From NCBI GenBank assembly GCA_945883805.1, contig CAMCYE010000007.1, forward strand, positions 9,260 to 73,259: 64,000 nt of DNA, given 5' to 3'. This stretch comes from Victivallis vadensis. Lineage in GTDB: Bacteria > Verrucomicrobiota > Lentisphaeria > Victivallales > GWF2-50-93. The notes below the pieces were generated by a model that saw only the letters and a program-made list of their open reading frames with translations, was not told where the DNA came from and searched no databases. The translations under genes were made by a program, and so were the position numbers. Each line of letters begins with the position of its first letter. Position 1 is the first letter of the stretch. This document shows, one piece after another, positions 1 through 9,123 of this stretch.

Positions 1-1614
1 CCCCTTGTCCGTGAATTTTACGGCATTTCCCACAAGATTTATAAGTACCTGTCTTATCCTGACGGCGTCTCCGATCAGATAACGCGGGGTTCCCGGTTCA
101 AAGTACAGGATCAGGCGCAGTCCTTTTTCCGAGGCCGCCATTGAATTGAGATGGGCGATGTCCTCAATGGTTTCAAGAATGTCCACGGCCTCGTTGTGCA
201 GTTCAATTTTTCCGGCTTCGATTTTCGACATGTCCAGGATGTCGTTTATAAGGGAAAGGAGCATTTTCGATGAATTGCATATTGCCGTAGCATATTCCTG
301 GTGATCCGGAGAGAGGGTGGACGCCTGCAGGATTTCGGCCATTCCGAGAATGCTGTTCATCGGGGTTCTGATTTCATGGGACATGTTGGCAAGGAATTCG
401 CTTTTCGCCCTGTTGGCGGATTCGGCCGTTTCCTTCGCCTCCCTCAGATGCTTTTCGTATTCCCTCCGTTCGGTTATGTCCTCCTTGATTCCTATGAAAT
501 GGGTTATCTGCCCCTTAGTCATTATCGGGGAGATGGATTCGTATTCCCAATAGAGTTCCCCGTTTTTCTTCCTGTTGTGGAATTCCCCGTTCCATTCCTT
601 GCCCGAAAGAATGGTGTTCCACATTTCCATGTAGTATTTGGTGCTGTGTGTTCCCGATTTCAGAATACTTGCATTCTTCCCGATCACTTCTTTCAGCGCA
701 TATCCTGTCAGGAGTGTGAATTTCGGGTTCGCATATTGGATGTTGCCGTTCACGTCAGTTATGACGATGCTTGCCGGACTGTGTTCTACGGCGAGGACAA
801 GCATGTTGAATTCGGCTTCCATCTGCTGCCGTTCAATTGCCGCACCTATGATGTCCGCGGCATTTTTAAGGATTTTGATTTCCGGATCCTTCCATTCCTT
901 TTCGAATCTGTTCTCGGCGAATCCTATGAATCCCCACCATTTATCCGCGCATCTTATCGGCACGGCGAGCACCGATTTCATATTCAACTTTAAAAAATAA
1001 ATTCTCTCGTTTTCCGGAAGACTGTTTATTTTTTCATGGACGCTGTCGCTCTTCCTGAGGAGCTCCACCCATCTGGACAGGCCGCATTTTTCGTATGAAA
1101 TATCCTGGCATTCCGGATTGGAGAGATGCAAGGGAATGCCGTTGGCGCACCATTCATAGCGGATTGAGGCCAGCATGTCCCCGGTATCTTCCGCTGAATT
1201 TTCGCATATGTAGATGAGGCTTAAGTCCGCAGCTTTTCCGAGTTGTTTCAGCGCCTCGACGATGGCAGGTTCAAAATCGGGGAGTTTGAGGAGTATTTCA
1301 GAACAGAATCCTATTGCTTCCAGAATGGTGTTCTGCTTTTGCAGTGCCATTTCAATTTCTTTTTTATCATTTATCTCCTTAGTAAGGCTGATATTCAGCA
1401 AATTCAGTTTCTCAATCCTGTCGTATACCGTTTGCTCAAATTGCAGTTTATGCTTGCGGAGTTCGTCCTCGTTACGTTCTTCACCCTGTTCCAGGCGCAA
1501 TTTATTGTTTTTACGGACCTTTAGATCCAAAAAGTATAGCCCGCAAATTATGAAGAACAATAATATCAGTCCGATTATTATGTCAAAAGGTATACCATAG
1601 ATTGTGCTGGGCAT
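1..1614 (-). CDS. Sensor histidine kinase (TM, GAF-like, PAS, HisKA, start of HATPase_c); 3' end cut by window edge
   Basis: Own minus-strand translation from ATG at 1614..1612. It is absent from the ORF track because there is no stop inside the window. MPSTIYGIPFDIIIGLILLFFIICGLYF is a TM segment. PAS-like 'NGNIQYANPKFTLLTGYALKEVIGKNASILKSG'. H-box 'AKSEFLANMSHEIRTPMNSILGM'. N-box 'IRQVLINLVGNAVKFTDKG' at position 1. Plus-strand ORFs 301..1600 are antisense artefacts. Confidence 0.85.
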   Translation of the reverse strand, partial: MPSTIYGIPFDIIIGLILLFFIICGLYFLDLKVRKNNKLRLEQGEERNEDELRKHKLQFEQTVYDRIEKLNLLNISLTKEINDKKEIEMALQKQNTILEAIGFCSEILLKLPDFEPAIVEALKQLGKAADLSLIYICENSAEDTGDMLASIRYEWCANGIPLHLSNPECQDISYEKCGLSRWVELLRKSDSVHEKINSLPENERIYFLKLNMKSVLAVPIRCADKWWGFIGFAENRFEKEWKDPEIKILKNAADIIGAAIERQQMEAEFNMLVLAVEHSPASIVITDVNGNIQYANPKFTLLTGYALKEVIGKNASILKSGTHSTKYYMEMWNTILSGKEWNGEFHNRKKNGELYWEYESISPIMTKGQITHFIGIKEDITERREYEKHLREAKETAESANRAKSEFLANMSHEIRTPMNSILGMAEILQASTLSPDHQEYATAICNSSKMLLSLINDILDMSKIEAGKIELHNEAVDILETIEDIAHLNSMAASEKGLRLILYFEPGTPRYLIGDAVRIRQVLINLVGNAVKFTDKG

Positions 1615-1766
1615 TTGAGTTTTTTCCTGCTGAATTTAAATTAGGTGGCCAAAGCGCCATAATTTTAAGTAACACAGGCTTCAGCCTGTTGTTAAATTAA
1701 TCTGGAAACACAAGGGAGATTGCAGGCTGAAGCCCGCATTACTCATATTGAAATTCCTTTACGTTA
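1615..1766 (-). repeat. Mosaic intergenic element, minus orientation: B box, 13-bp hairpin, A module
   Basis: Read on the minus strand. ACGTAAAGGAATTTCAAT lies at 1764..1747. Stem GGGCTTCAGCCTG/CAGGCTGAAGCCT uses 1735..1723 and 1688..1676. ATGGCGCTTTGGCCACCTAATTTAAA lies at about 1662..1636. The histidine kinase ATG follows at 1614. Confidence 0.75.
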
Positions 1767-2667
1767 AATTCGGATGACATAGAGCCCCGTAAATGACAAT
1801 TCCCGCATAACTTACTGTGTGGGAATAATCACCGGTAAGTTCGCCGCTGGTGGTGTATTCCACAAGTTCAGGAGTGAACGCCGAACCTGAACAGGCGGAT
1901 GTTTTTTCAATGGTTTTCAGAAGAACCTTTATCGGATTGGCACCGCATATTGTCGCACCTGTTTCCTCTACGTAATCGGAAAATCCGGTGTAGTCGAGCC
2001 TGATGATTTTTTTCACGGCTCCGGTGTCCAGATCCCTTAGTTTTGCAGGTATGTTTTCCGTGAATGGCCTGTATCCGAACTGACGTCCGAAATGTGTGAA
2101 GTCAGAGCTTATAACCCATAGGGTTTTACTGTCCATGAAAGGATACAGCACTTCCGAAACGTCTCCGGCAATTTCATGATCGACATGACCGCATACGATA
2201 GGCACAATCGGCAGTTCCGGGAAGAGAACCTGCAGAAAAGGCAGTTCCACTTCCAGGGAATGTTCCGGAATATGCACCTCGTCCATTTCATTGATCCAGC
2301 GGCATTTCTTCGAGAGGATTTCATTTAGCGGCTTCTTGTCAATCGGAATGCAGCCTAGCGGAGTTCTGTATGCGTCGTGGGAACTTAGGGCCAATCCTTT
2401 GAAGTGGAAACTGTGCGAGGGTGAAATGACAACGGCTCTTTTGTATTCAAAGTTTCCGGCAAGCTTCAGGGTTTTGGCGGCGGTCTTTCCGGAGTAGGCA
2501 TACCCTGCATGCGGCACTATCACCGCCTGGACATATCTTCCGCAGGACGGAGAGGCGGATTTCCCGTCAGCAAGCATTTGTTCAATTTGGAGTCTCAACC
2601 TTTCAGGGTCGGACTCGTAAAACTGTCCTGCCACCGCCGGTTCCCTGACAGAATTTTCCGCTTTCAT
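1759..2667 (-). CDS. MEMO1-family protein (AmmeMemoRadiSam system protein B-like)
   Basis: 302 aa. N-terminal 'REPAVAGQFYESDPERL', 'VIVPHAGYAYSGKTAA' and 'EHSLEVELPFLQ' are typical Memo/AmrB motifs. No AMMECR1 or AmrS radical SAM partner is adjacent. Confidence 0.75.
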   Translation of the reverse strand: MKAENSVREPAVAGQFYESDPERLRLQIEQMLADGKSASPSCGRYVQAVIVPHAGYAYSGKTAAKTLKLAGNFEYKRAVVISPSHSFHFKGLALSSHDAYRTPLGCIPIDKKPLNEILSKKCRWINEMDEVHIPEHSLEVELPFLQVLFPELPIVPIVCGHVDHEIAGDVSEVLYPFMDSKTLWVISSDFTHFGRQFGYRPFTENIPAKLRDLDTGAVKKIIRLDYTGFSDYVEETGATICGANPIKVLLKTIEKTSACSGSAFTPELVEYTTSGELTGDYSHTVSYAGIVIYGALCHPNLT

Positions 2668-2860
2668 ATTTGCAACCCCTCATTTATTATGGCTTACTCT
2701 ACCACAAAGACACAAAGACACAAAGGAAAAAAATCAGTAATTGGCACAGGCGATTTCAAAATTGCCTCTATGGATTAAAAACATTTAACTCGGAAAATAC
2801 TTGCACACGGCGTCATAGCTATATATGTTTAAAGAGCCATCCCACAGGATGACGGATTTC

Positions 2861-3018
2861 TGGATTATTGGATGATTGGGTTGAGTTCAAAGAAAATCTG
2901 AAAGGTATATCCTGTATGCGGAAAACGGAAAAGTCATTTTGCAAACTTATCACAGGATTATTTTATGCTTATGCCTTTGATACGCAACCATCCCCACATC
3001 CATTAATCCAATCATCCA
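2861..3018. repeat. Inverted 'GGATTATT/GGATGATT' word arrays enclosing about 100 nt
   Basis: Left array TGGATTATTGGATGATTGGGTTG (2861..2883). Right array CAACCATCCCCACATCCATTAATCCAATCATCCA (2985..3018), an imperfect reverse complement. CACAAAG x3 stutter at 2702..2726. Confidence 0.6.
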
Positions 3019-3028
3019 TGGGACTGTT

Positions 3029-5032
3029 GTGAATATGATTGATAACCAAATAAAAATCTTTAAGCTTTACAGGTGGTGGCTGATAGGGTTGCTTCTCATT
3101 GTCGCACTTGCGGCAATATTAAGGTATCCGGCATATGATTTCGGATATCCGTACATTGATCATCCCGATGAACCCCACTATGCCCTTGCGGCTCATTCCA
3201 TCATCAACACTGGAACTGCAAAAGGATGGCAGATGGACGGCTATCCGCCCGGGATTATCTATACTGACATTCTTTTTCTCAAAGCCTTTCCGAACAGGGA
3301 CCTCCCTCCGACCTGCGTAATACCCAAAATCCGAATCCTTTCAATAACCGTTTCCATTGCCTCAATAATGACAATTGCATTCATGGGAATGGTCATGGGA
3401 TTTCCGGTCGTCGGACTTGTGGCTGCGTTATGTTATGCCGTATCTCCAATCTGTGTCGAGTACGACAGATATGCCGCCGCTGAACCCTTTCTGACGTTCT
3501 TCATGTCTTTAACTTTCCTTCTTATTTTCACCGCCTATAAACGTTCCTCCCATAAGATAATGTTATTCGCCTATCTCTCCGCCCTCATCTCTATTGTCTT
3601 CAAATATCCTGCCGGCTTGCTCTTCATTCCAGTTGTCGCTACGGACTTGATGATATATTTCAAGTTGAGGAGGGAGAACAGGGTTGCCCAGGCGGATTTT
3701 TATTTTGGGGCTTTATTGAGAATATCCCTTTGTCTGGCGTTTTTCTTATGGCTGTTCTTTGACTACGGGGTTATCGGTGATGGGAGTCATTCAGATCGCT
3801 CCTGGAGAAGGCATCTGAAATATGACTTCCCGGACACTTCTAAAATCTTCGAGAATATCGTCTATATAACTGGAAGTTTTTCCTCGCCTGCCAATCTGAT
3901 GGAAATGGGGATAACGGGCAATTCTCCCAGACCGGGCAGTAATGCCCTCCCGTATTTTATCGCTTTGTCCGCACTTGCGGGTTTTATTGTTTCCCTGATG
4001 AAAAACAAACGGCTTTTCACATTCCCGTTTATTATCCTTCAAGGATTCGTTGTAACATGGTTTTTGGCTTTGAATATATTTAATCCGGCTTACAGGCATT
4101 TTATTTCAGTTCTCCCTGTTTTGTATCTGCTGGCGGTTGCAGGATTTGCCGAATCATTGACATTGGTAATGGATAAAATTCTTCCTAAGACAGCAAAGCT
4201 GCTCAAGTCGGGCGTTGTCTTCATTGTCCTTGTTTCCATTTTATCCGGTTTATTTTCATCATCATGGACAAACATGACGGAGAGGTCGAAATTTGATATC
4301 AGGAATGAAATAACGAAATGGGCGGATTGCTCATTAAAGGGAGGGTCTTTCATGGGAGATCCAAAGTGTCTGGCAATTTTCATGCCATACGCGGACTATC
4401 AGGGGAAAAAAGGATTCAAGTGGTGCGGAAAAATAGAAGAGCGTGATTTTGAAAACGATTCCACGCTCAAAGCAAAGGTGGACGGCGTAGACTATCTGAT
4501 AATTGAAGAGAGGCAATATGACGGGGCAATGCTCCGCAATAATCATTTAAACGGTCTGCCACTATTGAAAAGATTTCGTTCGGGGCATACCTACTACGGA
4601 GGCGATTATGTTGTCCTGAATGCAAGACCGATGACAGATAAGTTCCAGGAAAAGCTTGGAAATGTGCTTGTTTTGGGATACAGAAGCACGGTAGAAAAAA
4701 TAGACGGAGGACATCTGTTAAAATTGAATATTTTCTGGAAAGCCGAGACGCCTTTTCAGCGGCCAATGTCGGCTTTCGTCTATGTCAAGAAGGAGAATAG
4801 CGTTTTAAACTTCATTGCGTTCCCGCCAATCAATGACAGATATGAAAGAAGGACTACTGTGGACTGGAACGATCCTGAGGAAATAATAATGAGCGATGAT
4901 GCAATAATCGCCTTCTCCAATGAGGCAAAGGGGAAATTTGCAGTTTACACCGGATTCTGCCCAAGAGAGGATGAGAATCCCGACGTTTCAAAACTGGAGG
5001 CGGTCAAGCTTCTGGATTATGAATCAGATTAG
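3029..5032 (+). CDS. Polytopic membrane glycosyltransferase, ArnT/PMT (GT39/GT83)-like
   Basis: 667 aa with many hydrophobic segments. N-terminal loop 'YPYIDHPDEPHYALAAH' resembles the DE-containing first loop of PMT_2/ArnT enzymes. Large soluble C-terminal domain. The start may be ATG at 3035 rather than GTG at 3029. Confidence 0.5.
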   Translation: MNMIDNQIKIFKLYRWWLIGLLLIVALAAILRYPAYDFGYPYIDHPDEPHYALAAHSIINTGTAKGWQMDGYPPGIIYTDILFLKAFPNRDLPPTCVIPKIRILSITVSIASIMTIAFMGMVMGFPVVGLVAALCYAVSPICVEYDRYAAAEPFLTFFMSLTFLLIFTAYKRSSHKIMLFAYLSALISIVFKYPAGLLFIPVVATDLMIYFKLRRENRVAQADFYFGALLRISLCLAFFLWLFFDYGVIGDGSHSDRSWRRHLKYDFPDTSKIFENIVYITGSFSSPANLMEMGITGNSPRPGSNALPYFIALSALAGFIVSLMKNKRLFTFPFIILQGFVVTWFLALNIFNPAYRHFISVLPVLYLLAVAGFAESLTLVMDKILPKTAKLLKSGVVFIVLVSILSGLFSSSWTNMTERSKFDIRNEITKWADCSLKGGSFMGDPKCLAIFMPYADYQGKKGFKWCGKIEERDFENDSTLKAKVDGVDYLIIEERQYDGAMLRNNHLNGLPLLKRFRSGHTYYGGDYVVLNARPMTDKFQEKLGNVLVLGYRSTVEKIDGGHLLKLNIFWKAETPFQRPMSAFVYVKKENSVLNFIAFPPINDRYERRTTVDWNDPEEIIMSDDAIIAFSNEAKGKFAVYTGFCPREDENPDVSKLEAVKLLDYESD

Positions 5033-5055
5033 GCATATCGGGCTCTGCCTGATTG

Positions 5056-7623
5056 TCAGTTGGTGCTGTTGTTGCTTCCGCCCATGGACTGTCTGGCGGT
5101 AATTTTTGCCGAGGGCGCGGCTGTAAGGGTGAACATGATTCCGGCAGTCTGTTTGTTGACTTTATCGCCTTTGTCGTCGTTATTCTGCCTGAGTCCGTAT
5201 TCAAGCGCCAGTTCCCAGCAGTGGAAGGTTCTTATCACCCGGATCATGCTGTTTCCGAGCATGTGGTTGTCGACATCGTAGGCGATCTGGAATTCACCCC
5301 TGAGTTTATCCATGATGGGGAATTGGAGTCTGAATGCGACATCCTGGAATTTGCTGTAATTGCTGACGAATGCTGATCCTGACATGATGTCGGTAAGGGA
5401 GCTGCCCATCGAATAGGTGCTCCTCTCGGTGAAATTCTTCTGATAGTTGTAGATAAATGACACTTTCCACTCCTCGGTAATGTCGTACGTCAGCCCAACG
5501 ATAAATTTGTTTATGTTGAAGGAACCGGTGTCTATGAGAAGCTCGGACATAAGATGCAGGTCTGTGAAGGGGCTGACTTCAAGTTTTGTCCCGAAATCGC
5601 CCAGGTTTTTGAAATCCTTGCCGTCCATGTCCTTCTCTTTTGAAAAATGGTAGTCAAAATAATTTTCAATGGAGGCCCACGTGTAAATTTCCTCCTTGTT
5701 GTAATCGCCCCTACGGGTCTGCAGGCGGTTTTTCAATCCAAGCCTCACGAAATTTTGTTCATTGATCCGGTCGATATCGTCAAAATAATAGATCTTGTCG
5801 CGGTTCAGGGTGGGGTCAGGAATGAAATTATAATTGACATACGGAACCATCACATGCCGGATTCCGTCCATATCCCAGAACGCGCTTTTGACATTATTCC
5901 ACGTCCTGTATATCTTCGTGTTCATTTCAAGTCCGGTTTCGGCTGCGAAACGCAGTTTTCCGTCGCCTCTGCTGTCGTAGTTCACCACATCTCCGCCCAC
6001 CTGGGTTCCCTGCGGATTGTCGACGGTGAACATTTCATTCAGGTCGTTCTCGCTGATTTTTGTCTTTGAAGTGTTGGAATAATAAGTCAGCCTGACCCCG
6101 GCGCGTGGAATTATGTTTAGCCAGTCAAGTTTGAACGGGTAATAAAACATGTGCAAGCTGTCAAACCTGACGCTGTGATAATCCTTCGGGTCAACTCCGT
6201 TGCCCATATCCCTGTCCTGGTCATAATCGCGCCATTTCATCCTGAAATTGCCGAGGCTTGTTTCACTCTGGTAGTTGATGTTGCTGAAAAGTTCCTGCCT
6301 CTGCACATCCAACCTGACTTCGGGCAGTCGCTCGACTTCCGTGTTGAAGCTGTTTATGCGCTGGCGGTAGTCGACTGATGCCGTGAAACGGTTGAACTGG
6401 TAATCGAGGTTCGCAAAAGTCGGTGGCTGCGGATCGTCATTGTAACGGTCCCTGAAGAAGTCGTAAAGGAAATTGAAATCGCTCAGTTTTTCAATCTGAC
6501 CCCTGAAGTCCATCCTGGGCGTGATATGGGTAATGTTATTGAGTTTCAGGTCATAGCGGCCATGGTCAATGTCAAAGCGCTCGCCGCTGGCTGCGGTTTT
6601 GTAGGGTTGCTGGTCGTAAAGGCCGTATGCAAACCCGTATGTCTGCGATTTTTCGGTTGCCGCCTTGACCTCGATACCGCCTCCTGGACCGCGGCTGGAA
6701 TAGTAATCGGCGAGGATGCTTGCTTCAACATTTGGATAATCCCACACCCTGAAAGTCTTTTTCGTCTGGACGAAGAAACCCCAGTCATGGTCGCTTCCGA
6801 ATTTCACATGCCACCCGAGTCCGGAGGAATCGCTGGGCTTGTGCAGGACAGGCAACCAGAGGATTGGCACATCGCCGATGTACATGTAACAGCCGTAGGC
6901 CCATATGTCGAACCTGCCAATGTCTCTGCTTCCCGGATTTGTCAGATCGGCAAATCCCTGGCTGGGGATGAGCCGGACTTTGTTTGCCGCGATTGAATAA
7001 TGCTCATGACCTTCTTGCATATATTCACAGGAAGTCAGCTGGGCGTTCATGACCGTTATCGTACCGTCGGTTTCTCTTTCGGCACTTTCTCCCTTGATGT
7101 AGAACAGTCCGGCCATTCCCTCGTATTTTCCGAGATCAAATATCCCGGTGGTCAGATTCCCAGTGGCCTTCTCACCTTTCCAGTCTACGGTCCTCGTGAC
7201 AGTGCTCACAAGAACCTTCTGTCTTCCGGAAGGTTTTGTGACATATCCGTCGACGGTGACTTTGACCTTCGGATCCTCCTGCAATTTTTTCAATTCGGTT
7301 GAGTCAAGTTCGGCGTGTGAATTGATATATCTGTGGAGTTTGACGTTCCCAATCGCTTCAACATCCCTGGAGGACATATTGACTATGATTTTGTCGGCGG
7401 TCATGAAGATGTCTTTGTAGCGGAGGTAGACATTGCCGGTTCCGACAACATTGTTTCCTATGAATTCAAGTTTGTCGGCGTTTGTCTGTATATCGTTTTT
7501 CGTGATGCCGGTGCCGGAAAAAAGGTCGCCCCCTGCGGCATACGCTTGCCGGGACGAGAAATGAAGTGCCAGTGCAAAAAGCACAGCGAAGCAAATGGTT
7601 GTTATTTTAGCATGTTTCAGCAA
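5056..7623 (-). CDS. lptD: LPS-assembly outer membrane protein LptD-like (OstA N-domain plus large beta-barrel)
   Basis: 855 aa. Signal peptide 'CFAVLFALALHFSSRQAYA'. OstA-like 'ADKLEFIGNNVVGTGNVYLRYKDIFMTADKIIVNMSSRDVEAIGNVKL'. The remainder is long, aromatic-rich and shows an alternating pattern. Confidence 0.6.
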   Translation of the reverse strand: MLKHAKITTICFAVLFALALHFSSRQAYAAGGDLFSGTGITKNDIQTNADKLEFIGNNVVGTGNVYLRYKDIFMTADKIIVNMSSRDVEAIGNVKLHRYINSHAELDSTELKKLQEDPKVKVTVDGYVTKPSGRQKVLVSTVTRTVDWKGEKATGNLTTGIFDLGKYEGMAGLFYIKGESAERETDGTITVMNAQLTSCEYMQEGHEHYSIAANKVRLIPSQGFADLTNPGSRDIGRFDIWAYGCYMYIGDVPILWLPVLHKPSDSSGLGWHVKFGSDHDWGFFVQTKKTFRVWDYPNVEASILADYYSSRGPGGGIEVKAATEKSQTYGFAYGLYDQQPYKTAASGERFDIDHGRYDLKLNNITHITPRMDFRGQIEKLSDFNFLYDFFRDRYNDDPQPPTFANLDYQFNRFTASVDYRQRINSFNTEVERLPEVRLDVQRQELFSNINYQSETSLGNFRMKWRDYDQDRDMGNGVDPKDYHSVRFDSLHMFYYPFKLDWLNIIPRAGVRLTYYSNTSKTKISENDLNEMFTVDNPQGTQVGGDVVNYDSRGDGKLRFAAETGLEMNTKIYRTWNNVKSAFWDMDGIRHVMVPYVNYNFIPDPTLNRDKIYYFDDIDRINEQNFVRLGLKNRLQTRRGDYNKEEIYTWASIENYFDYHFSKEKDMDGKDFKNLGDFGTKLEVSPFTDLHLMSELLIDTGSFNINKFIVGLTYDITEEWKVSFIYNYQKNFTERSTYSMGSSLTDIMSGSAFVSNYSKFQDVAFRLQFPIMDKLRGEFQIAYDVDNHMLGNSMIRVIRTFHCWELALEYGLRQNNDDKGDKVNKQTAGIMFTLTAAPSAKITARQSMGGSNNSTN

Positions 7624-7670
7624 TATTTTTATTCCGGATTAATTTGAAAACCGCTAATATAAGCTGTTAT

Positions 7671-8927
7671 CTATTCAAGTCCAGTCTCGGAAAGCAGATA
7701 GACATTATCGCCTCTTCTGAGTTTGACAGAGGAGGGAAATGTCGCAACGGCTCCTTTTTTTGCGGTAGAGGATTCTTTCCCGTCAACCCGGATTCCGCCG
7801 ACCTTCATTTTTAACGCCCCGGTTGTGCGGCCTGTAACAAGAATCTCGTCTCCGACATTCATGTTTTCTGAGGTCAAGGTGACTTCCGCTATGCCCGGCT
7901 TGTGGAAATAATTGGTGATGATTCCGAGCTGGACTTTTTTCTTTTCCGCTTTGTTTCCGGAAATCCCGCTCCATTCCCCTGCCTTGTCACCGAGGTAATA
8001 TCCGCCGTGCCAGAATCCGCGGTTGAACACGGAGGCGAGTTCCTTCTCCAGTTTTTCCAGATGCCGTGCTGAAAGTTTTCCTGCCGAACACAGTTCGACG
8101 GCTTCCCTGTACGCCCCGGTGACTGCGGAAACATAGTCGGCCGAACGGCCACGCCCCTCTATCTTGAGTATCGAAACTCCTGCGTCGATAATCTTGTCAA
8201 TGATTCTTATCGTGCAGAGGTCCTTTGGAGACATTACATATTTGTTGTCGACAATCATTTCACAGCCGGTCTCTTCGTCGGTCACCCGGTATTTCCGGCG
8301 GCAAGACTGATAGCATTTCCCGCGGTTGGCCGACGTATTGTAAACCGCCAGGCTCATGTAGCATTTTCCCGATATTGAAACACAGAGCGCGCCGTGGACA
8401 AAAATCTCTATCTTCAACAAGTCTCCGGACGGTCCGGTCACCTTCTCTTTTTTTATCGCGGAAACCATTGAAGCTATCTGAGGCAGCGTCAGTTCCCTGG
8501 CAAGCACAATGGCATCTGCGAATTCCGCAAAAAATTTGACGGCTTCGATGTTGGAGACATTCGCCTGCACCGAAATGTGGACGGGAAGCCCTATTGAGCG
8601 CGCATATTTCATGACCGCAATGTCGCTTGCGATCACCGCAGAGATTCCTGCGGATTTCGCGGAATTGCATATCTTCTTCATTTCTGGGATGTCGGAATCG
8701 TAGATTACGGTATTCAACGCGAGATAGCTTTTAATCTTGGATTTTTCACAGAGTTTTGCGATTTTCGCAAGATCCTCAAGCGTGAAGTTTGCGGATGAAT
8801 GGGAACGCATGTTCAGCTTTTCAACACCGAAATAAACGGAGTCGGCCCCGGCCCTTATCGCCGCGGAAAGCGATTCAAGTGAACCAGCCGGAGCCGTAAT
8901 TTCAACTTTTTTGACTTGCTTAACCAT
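7671..8927 (-). CDS. Peptidase U32 family protein (PrtC/YhbU/TrhP-like)
   Basis: 418 aa. 'VEITAPAGSLESLSAAIRAGADSVYFG' N-terminus, 'IFVHGALCVSISGKCYMS' Cys-rich core and C-terminal beta-barrel tail are typical of U32. Confidence 0.8.
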   Translation of the reverse strand: MVKQVKKVEITAPAGSLESLSAAIRAGADSVYFGVEKLNMRSHSSANFTLEDLAKIAKLCEKSKIKSYLALNTVIYDSDIPEMKKICNSAKSAGISAVIASDIAVMKYARSIGLPVHISVQANVSNIEAVKFFAEFADAIVLARELTLPQIASMVSAIKKEKVTGPSGDLLKIEIFVHGALCVSISGKCYMSLAVYNTSANRGKCYQSCRRKYRVTDEETGCEMIVDNKYVMSPKDLCTIRIIDKIIDAGVSILKIEGRGRSADYVSAVTGAYREAVELCSAGKLSARHLEKLEKELASVFNRGFWHGGYYLGDKAGEWSGISGNKAEKKKVQLGIITNYFHKPGIAEVTLTSENMNVGDEILVTGRTTGALKMKVGGIRVDGKESSTAKKGAVATFPSSVKLRRGDNVYLLSETGLE

Positions 8928-9020
8928 AAATCGTTCAGGAAATTTTATTTTGACAGGATTACAGGATAAACTGGATTAAAAAAGAGGTTTGTCAAGTGCG
9001 GAGGGCAAATGCGGATCGGT

Positions 9021-9049
9021 CGGATATTCCGTGTTGGCTATAGGATATT
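9021..9049 (+). repeat. Module G copy: GGATATTCCGTGTTGGCTATAGGATATTC
   Basis: Near-identical to 37382..37410 and 47398..47426 (GGATATTCCGTGTTGGATATTGGATATTC). Confidence 0.8.
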
Positions 9050-9123
9050 CAGTTTTTTCAATCGAGTTACCTGCTTGATCTGAGAAAGAGCTTTTTTTAC
9101 CGGTCCAGAAATTGAGAGGCATC

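Noticed and set aside
301-1600. Plus-strand ORFs of 78-230 aa listed in the ORF track
   Set aside because: They are antisense to a clearly recognisable histidine kinase read on the minus strand (H-box, N-box, PAS). Their translations are low-complexity and motif-free.
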